A stretch of DNA of 64,000 nt from Candidatus Curtissbacteria bacterium RIFOXYA1_FULL_41_14 (GTDB lineage: Bacteria; Patescibacteriota; Microgenomatia; Curtissbacterales; GWA2-41-24): assembly GCA_001775095.1 (NCBI GenBank), contig MFCA01000029.1:55975-119974 (forward strand), given 5' to 3'. Position numbers and translations under genes: made by a program. Every line of letters begins with the position of its first letter. Within the stretch, counting starts at the first letter, position 1. This document shows, one piece after another, positions 55,298-64,000 of the stretch. The notes beneath the pieces are model-generated. The model was given only the letters and a program-made list of their open reading frames with translations. It made no database searches and was not told where the DNA came from.

Positions 55298-55423
55298 GCG
55301 ATACTAATATGCGAATTTATACTAATTATACGAACGGAATCAATTCCAATGTACAAATTGTACGAATAGCACGAATTATTTTTATTAGTATGATTAGTAT
55401 TCATTAGTATATTTGCATCGTAT
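55298..55423 (+). promoter_or_regulatory. intergenic region with repeated ATTAGTAT and TACGAA words (candidate operator/promoter)
   Basis: tattagtatgattagtattcattagtatatttg (3 copies of attagtat at 9-10 bp spacing) and tacgaa x3 upstream. Confidence 0.35.
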
Positions 55424-56383
55424 ATGAAAATCATTCTTGTAACAGGCGGAGCAGGTTTCATCGGGTCTCACCTTTGCGAGCGATTAGTCGCGCGTGGTGA
55501 CACTGTCATCTGCCTTGATAATCTTTTGACCGGCTCACAGAAAAATATCGCTCATCTTATGAGTAAGAGAAACTTCTTTTTCTTTAACCATGATGTTACA
55601 AAACCATTTGTAAGCCGCAAATTTGCCAAGATTGATGAAATTTATCACCTAGCCTCCCCCGCTGATCCAAATGTAAATTCACCATTTTCATATATGGCTC
55701 ATCCTTTCGAAACAATGAAAGTTAATACCATCGGCACTTGGAATATGTGTGAGATAGCGTATAAATTTAAGGCAAAATTATCTTTTGCTTCAACCTCAGA
55801 AATCTATGGAGATCCTGAAGTTTCTCCTCAAAGCGAGAATTATCGAGGCAATGTTTCAACCATTGGGCCGAGATCTGTTTATGATGAGTCCAAGAGATTT
55901 GGTGAAACGATTGTTGCCGCATTTGTCAGCAAAAAGGATTTGGAGGGGCGGATTACCAGAATTTTTAATACCTATGGACCGAGAATGAATGTTAATGAGG
56001 GGAGGGCTGTTGTTAATTTTATAAAACAAGCTTTAACACAAAAACCAATCACTATCTTTGGTGACGGCAAACAGACAAGATCTTTCTGTTATATTGATGA
56101 CCAAGTCGAGGGGCAAATTTTAGCGATGGAAAAAGGTAAGCCTGGAGAAGTTTTTAATATCGGAAACGACGATGAGAGAACGATTCTGGAATTTGCCAAA
56201 ATCATCAAACAAATGACAAGAAGTCAGAGTAAAATAACTTTTTCTCAACGACTTCCCGAAGATGATCCCCATCAACGCAGGCCAGACATCAACAAGGCCA
56301 AAAAGGTATTGCAGTGGAAACCAAAAACTTCACTTGAGGAAGGGCTCTTCAAAACAATTAATTATTTTAAGGAAATTTTGTGA
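55424..56383 (+). CDS. UDP-glucuronate decarboxylase (UDP-xylose synthase-like)
   Basis: MKIILVTGGAGFIGSHL...IYHLASPA...TMKVNTIGTWNM closely parallels UXS1/ArnA-C family. Confidence 0.75.
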   Translation: MKIILVTGGAGFIGSHLCERLVARGDTVICLDNLLTGSQKNIAHLMSKRNFFFFNHDVTKPFVSRKFAKIDEIYHLASPADPNVNSPFSYMAHPFETMKVNTIGTWNMCEIAYKFKAKLSFASTSEIYGDPEVSPQSENYRGNVSTIGPRSVYDESKRFGETIVAAFVSKKDLEGRITRIFNTYGPRMNVNEGRAVVNFIKQALTQKPITIFGDGKQTRSFCYIDDQVEGQILAMEKGKPGEVFNIGNDDERTILEFAKIIKQMTRSQSKITFSQRLPEDDPHQRRPDINKAKKVLQWKPKTSLEEGLFKTINYFKEIL

Positions 56384-56387
56384 AACT

Positions 56388-57035
56388 ATGGTTTCCTCGA
56401 AAAGATTCCATGAAATTCTAAATCAGGTCCCTGCCGATTATTATGACCAGGGTGTAAAGACTAATCTTTTTCAAAAATATTGGCACCAGAAAAAATGGCG
56501 AACTCTTAAAAAATTCTTGAAGGAATCAGCAAAAGGATCTTTTCTGGACATTGGCTGTGCTGACGGCACAACTACTTTTCAAATCTATAAAAACTTTCCC
56601 AATCTTAAGATCACAGGACTTGATTATTATCGAAAAGCAATAGAATTTGCTCGCAGGACCAAACCCCAAATAAAATTTGTTATTGCCGATGTTCACAAAT
56701 TACCTTTTCCAAATAGAAGTTTTGATATTGTCAGCGCAATCGAAACACTCGAACATGTTCAAAATCCCCATGAAGCACTTGCCGAAATTAAAAGAGTTTT
56801 AAAACCTGGTGGTTTCTTAATAATAGTCCAGGATACCAACAGTCTTCTATTTCGGTCTATCTGGTGGTTATGGACTCGTTGGAAGGGCTCCGTATGGAAG
56901 AATAGTCATATAAACTGTATGGAATCAAAGAAGTTATTCAGAGTTCTCAGAAAGTCTGGATTCAAAATTGAACATTTCGAATACACTAATTTAAAAATGG
57001 AAGTATTTATAAAAGCTCAAAAACATAAATATTGA
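56388..57035 (+). CDS. class I SAM-dependent methyltransferase (start re-assigned; track ORF 56262 has spurious N-extension)
   Basis: FLDIGCADGTTT motif I, FDIVSAIETLEHV, KPGGFLII. Confidence 0.75.
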   Translation: MVSSKRFHEILNQVPADYYDQGVKTNLFQKYWHQKKWRTLKKFLKESAKGSFLDIGCADGTTTFQIYKNFPNLKITGLDYYRKAIEFARRTKPQIKFVIADVHKLPFPNRSFDIVSAIETLEHVQNPHEALAEIKRVLKPGGFLIIVQDTNSLLFRSIWWLWTRWKGSVWKNSHINCMESKKLFRVLRKSGFKIEHFEYTNLKMEVFIKAQKHKY

Positions 57036-57038
57036 GAA

Positions 57039-57983
57039 ATGAAAAAAATACTTGTTACCGGTTGTGCTGGGTTCATAGGTTCCCACCTAGTAGACAGATT
57101 GTTGGCTAATAACCATAAGGTGATTGGTGTTGATAATTTTAATGATTATTATGACCCAAAGATTAAAAAAAAGAATTTAGAATCAGCACTAAGATTAAAG
57201 TCTTTCAAATTATATCGAGGGGATATTTTAGATTTTTCCCTCTTAACCAAAATTTTTAAATCTGAACGACTAGAAAAAGTCATTCACTTGGCAGCAAGAG
57301 CTGGAGTAAGACCGTCAATCGAAAGTCCCCTACTTTACGGAAAAGTAAATGTTGGCGGGACAGTTAATCTTTTGAAAATGTCAGTAGATTTTAAAGTTAA
57401 TCAATTTATTTTCTGCTCCTCATCGTCAGTCTACGGAGAGTCAAAACGATTGCCATTTACCGAAGATGATCCATGCGAAAATATTATTTCACCATACGGT
57501 TCTTCTAAAAGAGCGGCTGAATTTTGGGTGGAAAGTTTTTTTCATTCATACGGCTTGAAATCTGTTATTTTAAGGTTTTTTACAGTTTACGGACCAAGAG
57601 GTCGCCCGGACATGGCACCGGCCCTCTTTGCTAAGGCAATCCTCTCTGGCAAAACAATTAACCAATTCGGGGATGGATTCAGCAGCCGGGACTATACATA
57701 TATTGATGACATTATTGACGGGATTGTTAGAGCTTGTTATAAAAACTTTGATTTTGAAATTATAAATCTTGGGAATAACCATCCCGTCAAGCTCTCTGTT
57801 TTTGTTAAAACTCTTGAGAAAATAATCGGTAAAAAGGCGAAGATTAACAAATTACCAACACAACACGGAGATGTTGAAAAAACCTGGGCAAATATTGTAA
57901 AAGCTAAAAAGCTTTTGGATTGGGCTCCAAAAACAAAAATTGACGAAGGCCTAGAACATTATCTTGAATGGCTAAAAAAATGA
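57039..57983 (+). CDS. UDP-glucuronate 4-epimerase (Cap1J/LpsL family)
   Basis: RFFTVYGPRGRPDMA and CSSSSVYG motifs match UDP-GlcA 4-epimerases. Confidence 0.8.
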   Translation: MKKILVTGCAGFIGSHLVDRLLANNHKVIGVDNFNDYYDPKIKKKNLESALRLKSFKLYRGDILDFSLLTKIFKSERLEKVIHLAARAGVRPSIESPLLYGKVNVGGTVNLLKMSVDFKVNQFIFCSSSSVYGESKRLPFTEDDPCENIISPYGSSKRAAEFWVESFFHSYGLKSVILRFFTVYGPRGRPDMAPALFAKAILSGKTINQFGDGFSSRDYTYIDDIIDGIVRACYKNFDFEIINLGNNHPVKLSVFVKTLEKIIGKKAKINKLPTQHGDVEKTWANIVKAKKLLDWAPKTKIDEGLEHYLEWLKK

Positions 57984-58801
57984 AGACAAAAAAGAAAGTT
58001 TCTGTCTCTGCCTTTTTCCCATGTTACAACGACGCTGGCACAATTGCTTCAATGGTTGAATTAGCAACTTTAACTCTTAAGAAAGTCGCAAATGATTTTG
58101 AAGTAATCGTTATCGATGACGGATCAAGTGACAATTCACGGGAAATTTTAAAGGAACTTTCGCAATCAAATCCTTATTTAAAACTAGTCTTCCACGAAAA
58201 GAATAAAGGTTATGGCGGAGCACTTCGCAGCGGCTTTAAAACAGCATCTAAAGATCTTATTTTTTACACGGATGGCGATGCCCAATATGATATTAGTGAA
58301 CTTCTCAATCTTTTGACTAAATTATCAGATAATGTTGATATAGTCCAAGGCTATAAGATAAAAAGGAGCGACCCGTGGTATCGAATAATCATTGGCGATC
58401 TTTACAATTTTGGAGTAAAATTGGCCTTTGCTATTAAAATAAGAGATGTTGATTGTGATTTTCGGCTGATTAGAAGAAGCGTTTTTGATAAGGTAAGGCT
58501 TGAACATAACAGCGGGGTAATAACTGTGGAGATGGTTAAGAAATTTCAGGATGCAGGATTTAAATTTGCTCAAGTACCGGTTAGTCATTATTTTAGAAGT
58601 TACGGAAAGTCGCAATTTTTTAATTTTAAACGGGTTGCCCATGTTGCAATCGAACTCTTGATTCTTTGGAGAGAATTAGTTTTGGCTAAATGGTTAAGAA
58701 TAAATACTTCAAAAATGACATCCTCTCCCACCACGAAGGAGTGGGGTTTTATCGGCCGAGTTCGGATGACGTTTTTTCATCTGTTTCATCCCCGAGAATG
58801 A
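57968..58801 (+). CDS. GT2 polyprenyl-phosphate sugar synthase-like (possible start at 57980, ATGA overlap)
   Basis: VSVSAFFPCYND...IVIDDGSSDNS...YTDGDAQYD. Confidence 0.75.
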   Translation: MAKKMKTKKKVSVSAFFPCYNDAGTIASMVELATLTLKKVANDFEVIVIDDGSSDNSREILKELSQSNPYLKLVFHEKNKGYGGALRSGFKTASKDLIFYTDGDAQYDISELLNLLTKLSDNVDIVQGYKIKRSDPWYRIIIGDLYNFGVKLAFAIKIRDVDCDFRLIRRSVFDKVRLEHNSGVITVEMVKKFQDAGFKFAQVPVSHYFRSYGKSQFFNFKRVAHVAIELLILWRELVLAKWLRINTSKMTSSPTTKEWGFIGRVRMTFFHLFHPRE

Positions 58802-59793
58802 AGGCTCAAAGTTTTCACAGATTCAAAAATAAAAACGTCTTAATCACCGGCGGACTTGGTTTCATCGGTTCAAATTTAACAATTAGACTTGTAGAACTTG
58901 GTGCCAATGTTACAATTCTTGATACTCTAATCCCCGAATTTGGCGGGAATAAATTTAATATTCTCCCTGTAAAACATAAAGTAAAGGTGAAGATTGGCGA
59001 TATGAGAAATCCTGCGACTATCAAACGGGTAGTAATAGATAAAGACATTATTTTTAACCTTGCCGGAACTCTTTCTCATATCGATAGCATGAAAGATCCT
59101 TTTGTCGATCTTGATATTAATTGCCGCGCGCAACTTTGTCTTTTGGAAGCTTGTCGAAAATATAATAATAAAGTAAAGATAGTTTTTGCCGGCACCCGCA
59201 ATCAATATGGCAAGGCCATTTATTTGCCGGTTGATGAAAAACATATTCAAGAACCAACTGATATTAATGGCATCAATTCAATCGCAGCGGAAAAATATCA
59301 TCTTTTATATAACCGTATTTATGGAATCAAGGCAGTTTCAGTAAGAATGACCAACACCTACGGCCCAAGACATCAAATGGAACATTCAAAACAAGGTGTA
59401 TTAAATTGGTTTATTAGACTTTTGATGGATGGTAAAACAGTCCAACTTTACGGGGACGGCTCACAAATAAGGGATATCAATTATGTAGACGACGTAGTTA
59501 ATGCTCTTTTACTTTGCGCTAAATCCCAAAAAGCAAATGGTGAGATTTATAACCTGGGAGGCAAACCAATAACTTTAAAAGAATTCGTCGAAAAGACCAT
59601 TGAAATTTTAGGTATGGGAGAATACAAAATCATAAAATTTCCAGAGGAGAGAAAGTCGATCGAAATTGGAAATTACGTAGCTGATATCAAAAAAATCAAA
59701 GAAGAGTTAGGATGGCAGCCAAGAATAACACTTGAAGAAGGAATTAGAAAGACTATTGATTATTATAAGAAATACAAAAAATATTACTGGTAA
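58798..59793 (+). CDS. NAD-dependent epimerase/dehydratase (extended SDR); start re-assigned to MKAQSF (ATGA overlap with upstream stop)
   Basis: VLITGGLGFIGSNL Rossmann motif. YxxxK region NTYGPRH. Confidence 0.7.
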   Translation: MKAQSFHRFKNKNVLITGGLGFIGSNLTIRLVELGANVTILDTLIPEFGGNKFNILPVKHKVKVKIGDMRNPATIKRVVIDKDIIFNLAGTLSHIDSMKDPFVDLDINCRAQLCLLEACRKYNNKVKIVFAGTRNQYGKAIYLPVDEKHIQEPTDINGINSIAAEKYHLLYNRIYGIKAVSVRMTNTYGPRHQMEHSKQGVLNWFIRLLMDGKTVQLYGDGSQIRDINYVDDVVNALLLCAKSQKANGEIYNLGGKPITLKEFVEKTIEILGMGEYKIIKFPEERKSIEIGNYVADIKKIKEELGWQPRITLEEGIRKTIDYYKKYKKYYW

Positions 59794-60887
59794 TGATTCC
59801 GCTTGTAGATCTAACGATTGATAAAAAATTACGCGACAAAATTACTAAAGAAATAACGCAAGTTGTCGATTCAAAAAAATATATTCTTGGCGCGAAACTT
59901 GAATCATTCGAAAAAAAGTTTGCCAAGTTTATTGGAGTAAAATATGCAATCGGAGTTGGAAACGGAACTGATGCACTCCGACTTTCACTCAGGGCACTTG
60001 GTATCGGTCGAGGCGATAAGGTACTAACCGTTTCTTTAACTTCTCCTTTTACAGCCATTGCGGTTGTTGAAGAAGGGGCTATTCCGGTTTTTTGCGATAT
60101 TGATGAGGCAACCTGGACGATTGATGTTGCGGATGCCAGAAAAAGGATTGATAGAAAAACAAGGGCCATTATTCCGGTACATTTATTCGGTAATCCATGC
60201 GATATGTCCCCGATTCTCAAATTCGCCAAAGAAAATCATTTAAAAGTAATTGAGGATGCTTGTCAGGCTCATGGGGCAAAATATCAGGGAAAAATGGTTG
60301 GATCTCTCGGTGCCGCTGCCGCCTTTAGTTTTTATCCGACTAAAAATCTTGGGGCTTTCGGAGACGCTGGAATAGTAACGACAAATAATTCCAAGCTTGC
60401 TAAAATGATTAAATGCTTGAGACACGGGGGTCAAACCAAACGATTTTGGCACTCATATATTGGTATAAATAGTCGGCTTGACGAAATACAAGCGGCAATT
60501 TTAGGGCAAAAACTCAAAGTTCTTGAAGTCGAAAATAAAAAAAGGGTAAAAATAGCTAAAAAATACAAAAGTAATCTTAGCCGTTTACCAATTGTTTTCC
60601 AAAAAAAATATGGGAGGGCTGAGCCCGTGTTTCATCTACTTGCAGCTAGAATCAGACTAAGGAATAAACTTATCAAGTTTCTTAAAAAAAACAATATTGC
60701 AGCAGACATCTATTACCCTCATGCCATAACTGAACAACCGGCATTTAGAAAATTTGTGTCTGACGAACTACCAGTTACCGAAATGCTTACAAAAGAGCTG
60801 ACAGCTCTACCTATTTATCCTAGATTAAGTTATCAAAATCTGGATTTTATAATTCGAAAGATTAAAGACTTTTTTAACGTTAAATGA
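59793..60887 (+). CDS. DegT/DnrJ/EryC1/StrS-family PLP-dependent sugar aminotransferase (second copy)
   Basis: GVGNGTDALRLSL...EDACQAHGA...FSFYPTKN. Confidence 0.85.
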   Translation: MIPLVDLTIDKKLRDKITKEITQVVDSKKYILGAKLESFEKKFAKFIGVKYAIGVGNGTDALRLSLRALGIGRGDKVLTVSLTSPFTAIAVVEEGAIPVFCDIDEATWTIDVADARKRIDRKTRAIIPVHLFGNPCDMSPILKFAKENHLKVIEDACQAHGAKYQGKMVGSLGAAAAFSFYPTKNLGAFGDAGIVTTNNSKLAKMIKCLRHGGQTKRFWHSYIGINSRLDEIQAAILGQKLKVLEVENKKRVKIAKKYKSNLSRLPIVFQKKYGRAEPVFHLLAARIRLRNKLIKFLKKNNIAADIYYPHAITEQPAFRKFVSDELPVTEMLTKELTALPIYPRLSYQNLDFIIRKIKDFFNVK

Positions 60888-61666
60888 TCAATTGCTTTAA
60901 AGAACTCTATAAATTTAGGGAACTTTTAATTGCTTTAACAAAAAGAGAAATAAAGGTACGTTACAAACAAACGACTTTAGGTGCGGCTTGGGCAATCTTA
61001 CAGCCTTTCTCTCTGATGCTAATTTTTTCGTTGGTGTTTGGAGTATTTTTAGGGCTGGAATCGCAAGAACTCCCCTATCCGATTTTTTACTATTCTGCGC
61101 TATTAACCTGGTTATTTTTCTCCACAAGCATTTCTTTTGGCTCGCAGGCTGTAATTAACAATAGCAACTTGGTTAGTAAAATTTACTTCCCAAGAGAAGT
61201 TCTGCCTTTCGCTTCCGTGGGCGCAGCGATTTTGGATTTTGCTGTAGCAGGCCTTATTTTCATATTGATGATGCTTTTTTATAAATTACCTTTCTCACCT
61301 AACTTAATTTTTATACTGCCTATTTGCGCGATCTTAATATTTTTTACTTTAAGTGTAGTTCTTTTTACTTCAGCGCTTGTTGTTATTTGGAGGGATTTAA
61401 AATTCGTTGTGCCCTTAATAATTCAAATATGGATGTTTGCCTCCCCTATCATTTATCCCGTCAGCAAAGTTCCCCAAAACTTAAGATTCCTTTACATGTT
61501 AAACCCAATGGCGGTCATAATCGAAAACTTCAGAAGAGTAACGCTTTTTGCAAAACCTCCAGTTTTATCGGAGATTTTAATTGCTTTTTTCGTATCAATT
61601 ATACTTTTTTTTATAAGTTACAAGTTCTTTAAGATTAAGGAGAGGTCATTTGCGGATATTATTTAA
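60884..61666 (+). CDS. wzm: ABC-2 type polysaccharide export permease
   Basis: LIALTKREIKVRYKQTTLGAAWAILQPF signature of Wzm/TagG/KpsM permeases. 6 TM helices. Confidence 0.85.
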   Translation: MINCFKELYKFRELLIALTKREIKVRYKQTTLGAAWAILQPFSLMLIFSLVFGVFLGLESQELPYPIFYYSALLTWLFFSTSISFGSQAVINNSNLVSKIYFPREVLPFASVGAAILDFAVAGLIFILMMLFYKLPFSPNLIFILPICAILIFFTLSVVLFTSALVVIWRDLKFVVPLIIQIWMFASPIIYPVSKVPQNLRFLYMLNPMAVIIENFRRVTLFAKPPVLSEILIAFFVSIILFFISYKFFKIKERSFADII

Positions 61667-61672
61667 AACACA

Positions 61673-62431
61673 ATGGATAGCTCACTGATCGAATTTAATA
61701 ACGTCTACAAATCCTACTCGATAAGCAGACTCAAATACAAAAGGTTTGCGGAAGATATAGGGCAAATTTTTCAAAGGGTGCTGACCAGAAAAAAAAGGAC
61801 TATTCAAAAAGAAAAATTTGTAGCGTTAAAGAACGTCAATTTTAAAGTCAAACAAGGCGAAAGTCTTGGCATAATCGGCAAAAATGGGGCAGGTAAAACG
61901 ACTATTTTGAAACTGATTTCCAGAGTTACCTATCCGGACTCCGGTGAAATAAAAGCGGACGGTAAAATCGGCGCATTCATCGAGCTTGGAGCCGGCCTTC
62001 ACCCGGAACTCTCGGGTCGGGAAAATATATATCTCTACGGTTCAATTTTAGGAATGAGAAAAAAAGAAATAGATGAGAAATTCGATGATATCGTCAAATT
62101 CTCCGAGCTCAGAAAGTTTTTAGATACTCCTATTAAACGTTACTCTTCCGGGATGTATGCCAGGCTTGGATTTTCAGTCGTGGCCTTTATGGATCCCGAT
62201 ATTCTCGTGATAGATGAAGTCCTGGCAGTGGGTGATAAAAGTTTTCAGGAAAGATGCCTTAGCAAGATGAATAAATTTGTGAAGGGAAACAAAACGATAA
62301 TCTTTGTCTCACATAATCTGGAAGCAGTAAAGAGTATTTGTGATCGGGGAATTCTTTTGGATCACGGAAAAATTATTAAAGATGGTAGAGTTTCTGAAGT
62401 TATAAATACCTACCTTGCTAATTATTCTTAA
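61673..62431 (+). CDS. wzt: ABC transporter ATP-binding protein for polysaccharide export (short form without C-terminal carbohydrate-binding domain)
   Basis: Walker A GKNGAGKTT, signature YSSGMYARLGF, Walker B ILVIDE. Confidence 0.85.
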   Translation: MDSSLIEFNNVYKSYSISRLKYKRFAEDIGQIFQRVLTRKKRTIQKEKFVALKNVNFKVKQGESLGIIGKNGAGKTTILKLISRVTYPDSGEIKADGKIGAFIELGAGLHPELSGRENIYLYGSILGMRKKEIDEKFDDIVKFSELRKFLDTPIKRYSSGMYARLGFSVVAFMDPDILVIDEVLAVGDKSFQERCLSKMNKFVKGNKTIIFVSHNLEAVKSICDRGILLDHGKIIKDGRVSEVINTYLANYS

Positions 62432-62463
62432 AAAAGAATAGAATAAAAATCGTTTTTGACCAA

Positions 62464-63459
62464 ATGAATTTAAAAGATCGAATATTATTGTTAACAGGCG
62501 GGACAGGATCGTTCGGACAAGCTTTTATTAAAAATCTTCTTAGCCAAAAAGATTTCAATGGCGTTATTAGGGTTTTTTCTAGAGATGAATTTAAGCAACA
62601 TGAAATCGAGGAAAGATATCAGAATGACAGAAGATTACGGTTTTTTATAGGCGATGTTAGAGATATCAATCGTCTAAAAAGAGCAATGGATGGTGTTGAT
62701 TATGTTATTCATGCAGCCGCTTTAAAACAAATACCAATTCTTGAGTACAATCCATTTGAAGCGGTTAAAACAAATATCCTAGGAACACAAAATGTCATTG
62801 ATTGTGCGATTGATTTTGGGATTAAAAAGTCACTTTTAATTTCCTCCGACAAAGCATGCGTACCTGTCAACTTATACGGTGCAACAAAAATGGTAGCTGA
62901 AAAAATATTTGTTCAGGGTAATTCTTATGTCGGAGGCCGTAAGGTCAAGCTATCAGTAGTTCGTTACGGAAATGTGGTGGCCTCGCGGGGAAGTATTGTG
63001 CCAAAATTTTTAGAGCAGGCAAAAAATAACGAGTTAACAATCACTGATGATAGAATGACTAGATTCTGGATCACACTGGACCAGGGAGTAAAATTTGTTC
63101 TTAAAGCTTTAGAAAAAATGGAGGGAGGAGAAATTTTTGTTCCTAAATTACCAAGTATTAAAATTATAGATTTAGCTAAAACAATTGCCCCAAATGCGAA
63201 AATCAAAATTGTTGGGATTAGGCCTGGTGAAAAATTTCATGAGGTGTTAATTGGTGAAGATGAAGCCAGGCATACTCGAGATGTCGGATCTTACTTTGTG
63301 GTTGAGCCGGAATTTAATTGGTGGGGAGCACAAGTTAAGAACAGGAGAGGCACGAGATTGAAAGCCGGGTTTTCTTACAAGAGTAATAACAATAGTCAAT
63401 GGTTGACAAGCTCTTATATTAACAAGCTCCTTAGACAATTAACTGAAAATAATGTCTAA
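62464..63459 (+). CDS. pseB: UDP-N-acetylglucosamine 4,6-dehydratase (inverting), PseB/FlaA1 family
   Basis: LLTGGTGSFG...VFSRDEFKQ...RFFIGDVRD...HAAALKQIPILEYNP...SSDKA closely parallel Helicobacter/Campylobacter PseB. Confidence 0.8.
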   Translation: MNLKDRILLLTGGTGSFGQAFIKNLLSQKDFNGVIRVFSRDEFKQHEIEERYQNDRRLRFFIGDVRDINRLKRAMDGVDYVIHAAALKQIPILEYNPFEAVKTNILGTQNVIDCAIDFGIKKSLLISSDKACVPVNLYGATKMVAEKIFVQGNSYVGGRKVKLSVVRYGNVVASRGSIVPKFLEQAKNNELTITDDRMTRFWITLDQGVKFVLKALEKMEGGEIFVPKLPSIKIIDLAKTIAPNAKIKIVGIRPGEKFHEVLIGEDEARHTRDVGSYFVVEPEFNWWGAQVKNRRGTRLKAGFSYKSNNNSQWLTSSYINKLLRQLTENNV

Positions 63460-64000
63460 AATTATTCCCTACGGTCATCAATCAATTGACGAAAGTGATA
63501 TCCAAGTCGTTATTAAAGTTTTAAAAGCAGATAGAATTACTCAGGGACCGGAAATTGATAAATTCGAAAATGCTTTAGCGAAATTTGTTGGCGCAAAATA
63601 TGCAGTTGCCACCTCAAGCGGAACTGCGGCACTCCATGCCGCTTGTATTGCCTGTGGAATTACACAGGGTGATGAGGTAATTGTGCCGACGTTATCGTTC
63701 ATCGCATCTGCAAATTGCGTTTTATACTGTGGAGGCAAACCGGTTCTAGTTGACATCTACCCTGATACTTTGACAATTAATGTTGAAGAAGTTGAACGAA
63801 AAATTACTAAAAAAACAAAAGCTATTATTGCTGTTGATTTTGCCGGTCATCCGGCTCACTGGGATAAATTAAAAAAACTGGCAAGTAAATACAGATTGAC
63901 ATTAATTGACGATGCGTCTCATGCTATAGGGAGTAAGTACAAAAATAAGCCTATCGGGTCAATAGCCGACTTGACCACATTTTCCTTCCATCCTGTTAAA
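63452..64000 (+). CDS. pseC: PseC-like UDP-4-keto-6-deoxy-sugar aminotransferase (partial, runs off window; not in ORF track)
   Basis: Own translation: MSKIIPYGHQSIDESDIQVVIKVLKADRITQGPEIDKFENALAKFVGAKYAVATSSGTAALHAA... DegT-type fold. ATG overlaps pseB stop by 8 bp. Confidence 0.7.
   Translation, partial: MSKIIPYGHQSIDESDIQVVIKVLKADRITQGPEIDKFENALAKFVGAKYAVATSSGTAALHAACIACGITQGDEVIVPTLSFIASANCVLYCGGKPVLVDIYPDTLTINVEEVERKITKKTKAIIAVDFAGHPAHWDKLKKLASKYRLTLIDDASHAIGSKYKNKPIGSIADLTTFSFHPVK

Noticed and set aside
56262-58797. N-terminal extensions of track ORFs 56262-57035 and 58690-59793
   Set aside because: Extensions overlap the preceding genes in another frame. Internal ATGs at 56388 and 58798 restore the ATGA-type stop/start coupling and canonical domain starts.
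1-64000. tRNA, rRNA and autonomous mobile-element genes
   Set aside because: No intergenic segment shows tRNA-like arms such as a GTTCRANYC T-loop. No transposase, integrase or recombinase-like ORF found. The repeats appear non-autonomous.

Overview
This is a ~64 kb low-GC window (roughly 35% by eye), read without tools. All family calls come from motif recognition in the supplied six-frame translations and should be confirmed by HMM or BLAST searches.

Layout:
- Left edge, three housekeeping genes on the minus strand: amidophosphoribosyltransferase (purF), a dimeric class-II glycyl-tRNA synthetase (glyQS) and recO.
- From ~5.5 kb to ~53.3 kb, an almost uninterrupted minus-strand glycan super-locus. 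It contains a small phosphoglycosyl transferase (the initiating enzyme), a mannose-1-P guanylyltransferase, at least 6 GT4 and 4 soluble-type GT2 glycosyltransferases, and 4 DPM1/GtrB-like polyprenyl-phosphate sugar synthases. It also contains at least 10 polytopic GT-C-like membrane proteins (ArnT/PMT_2-like with DE motifs, and YfhO-like), a Wzx-type flippase, an O-antigen-ligase-like protein and an EamA transporter. Four SAM methyltransferases, two paralogous hexapeptide acetyltransferases, a PHP phosphoesterase and a tandem AcpS-like phosphopantetheinyl transferase complete it.
- Embedded at 48.3-53.3 kb is a CotH-kinase / metallophosphoesterase / VTC-domain / DUF4956 cassette of unknown function. 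It is the best candidate for an undescribed system in this window.
- From 53.4 kb to the end, a plus-strand operon for nucleotide-sugar synthesis and export. It holds two DegT-type aminotransferases, UDP-glucuronate decarboxylase, UDP-glucuronate 4-epimerase, another SDR epimerase, a methyltransferase and two GT2s, followed by Wzm/Wzt ABC-exporter genes and a pseB/pseC-like pair.

The DNA is also rich in small repeats. There are several families of dispersed elements, including an AT-rich inverted-repeat intergenic element (4 copies). GC-richer palindromic elements sharing GTCATYCYGAG / CCCTGAGCGARGTCGAAGGG cores are inserted in-frame into at least five glycosyltransferase genes. Heptanucleotide tracts sit inside or abutting GT genes and are candidates for phase variation. 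A ~130-160 bp tandem duplication covers one GT4 5' end. A conserved hairpin-containing leader precedes both acetyltransferase paralogs.

The overall picture (dimeric GlyRS, giant surface-glycosylation locus, tight gene packing) fits an uncultivated low-GC bacterium such as a CPR/Patescibacteria or Firmicutes-like lineage. This is inference only.
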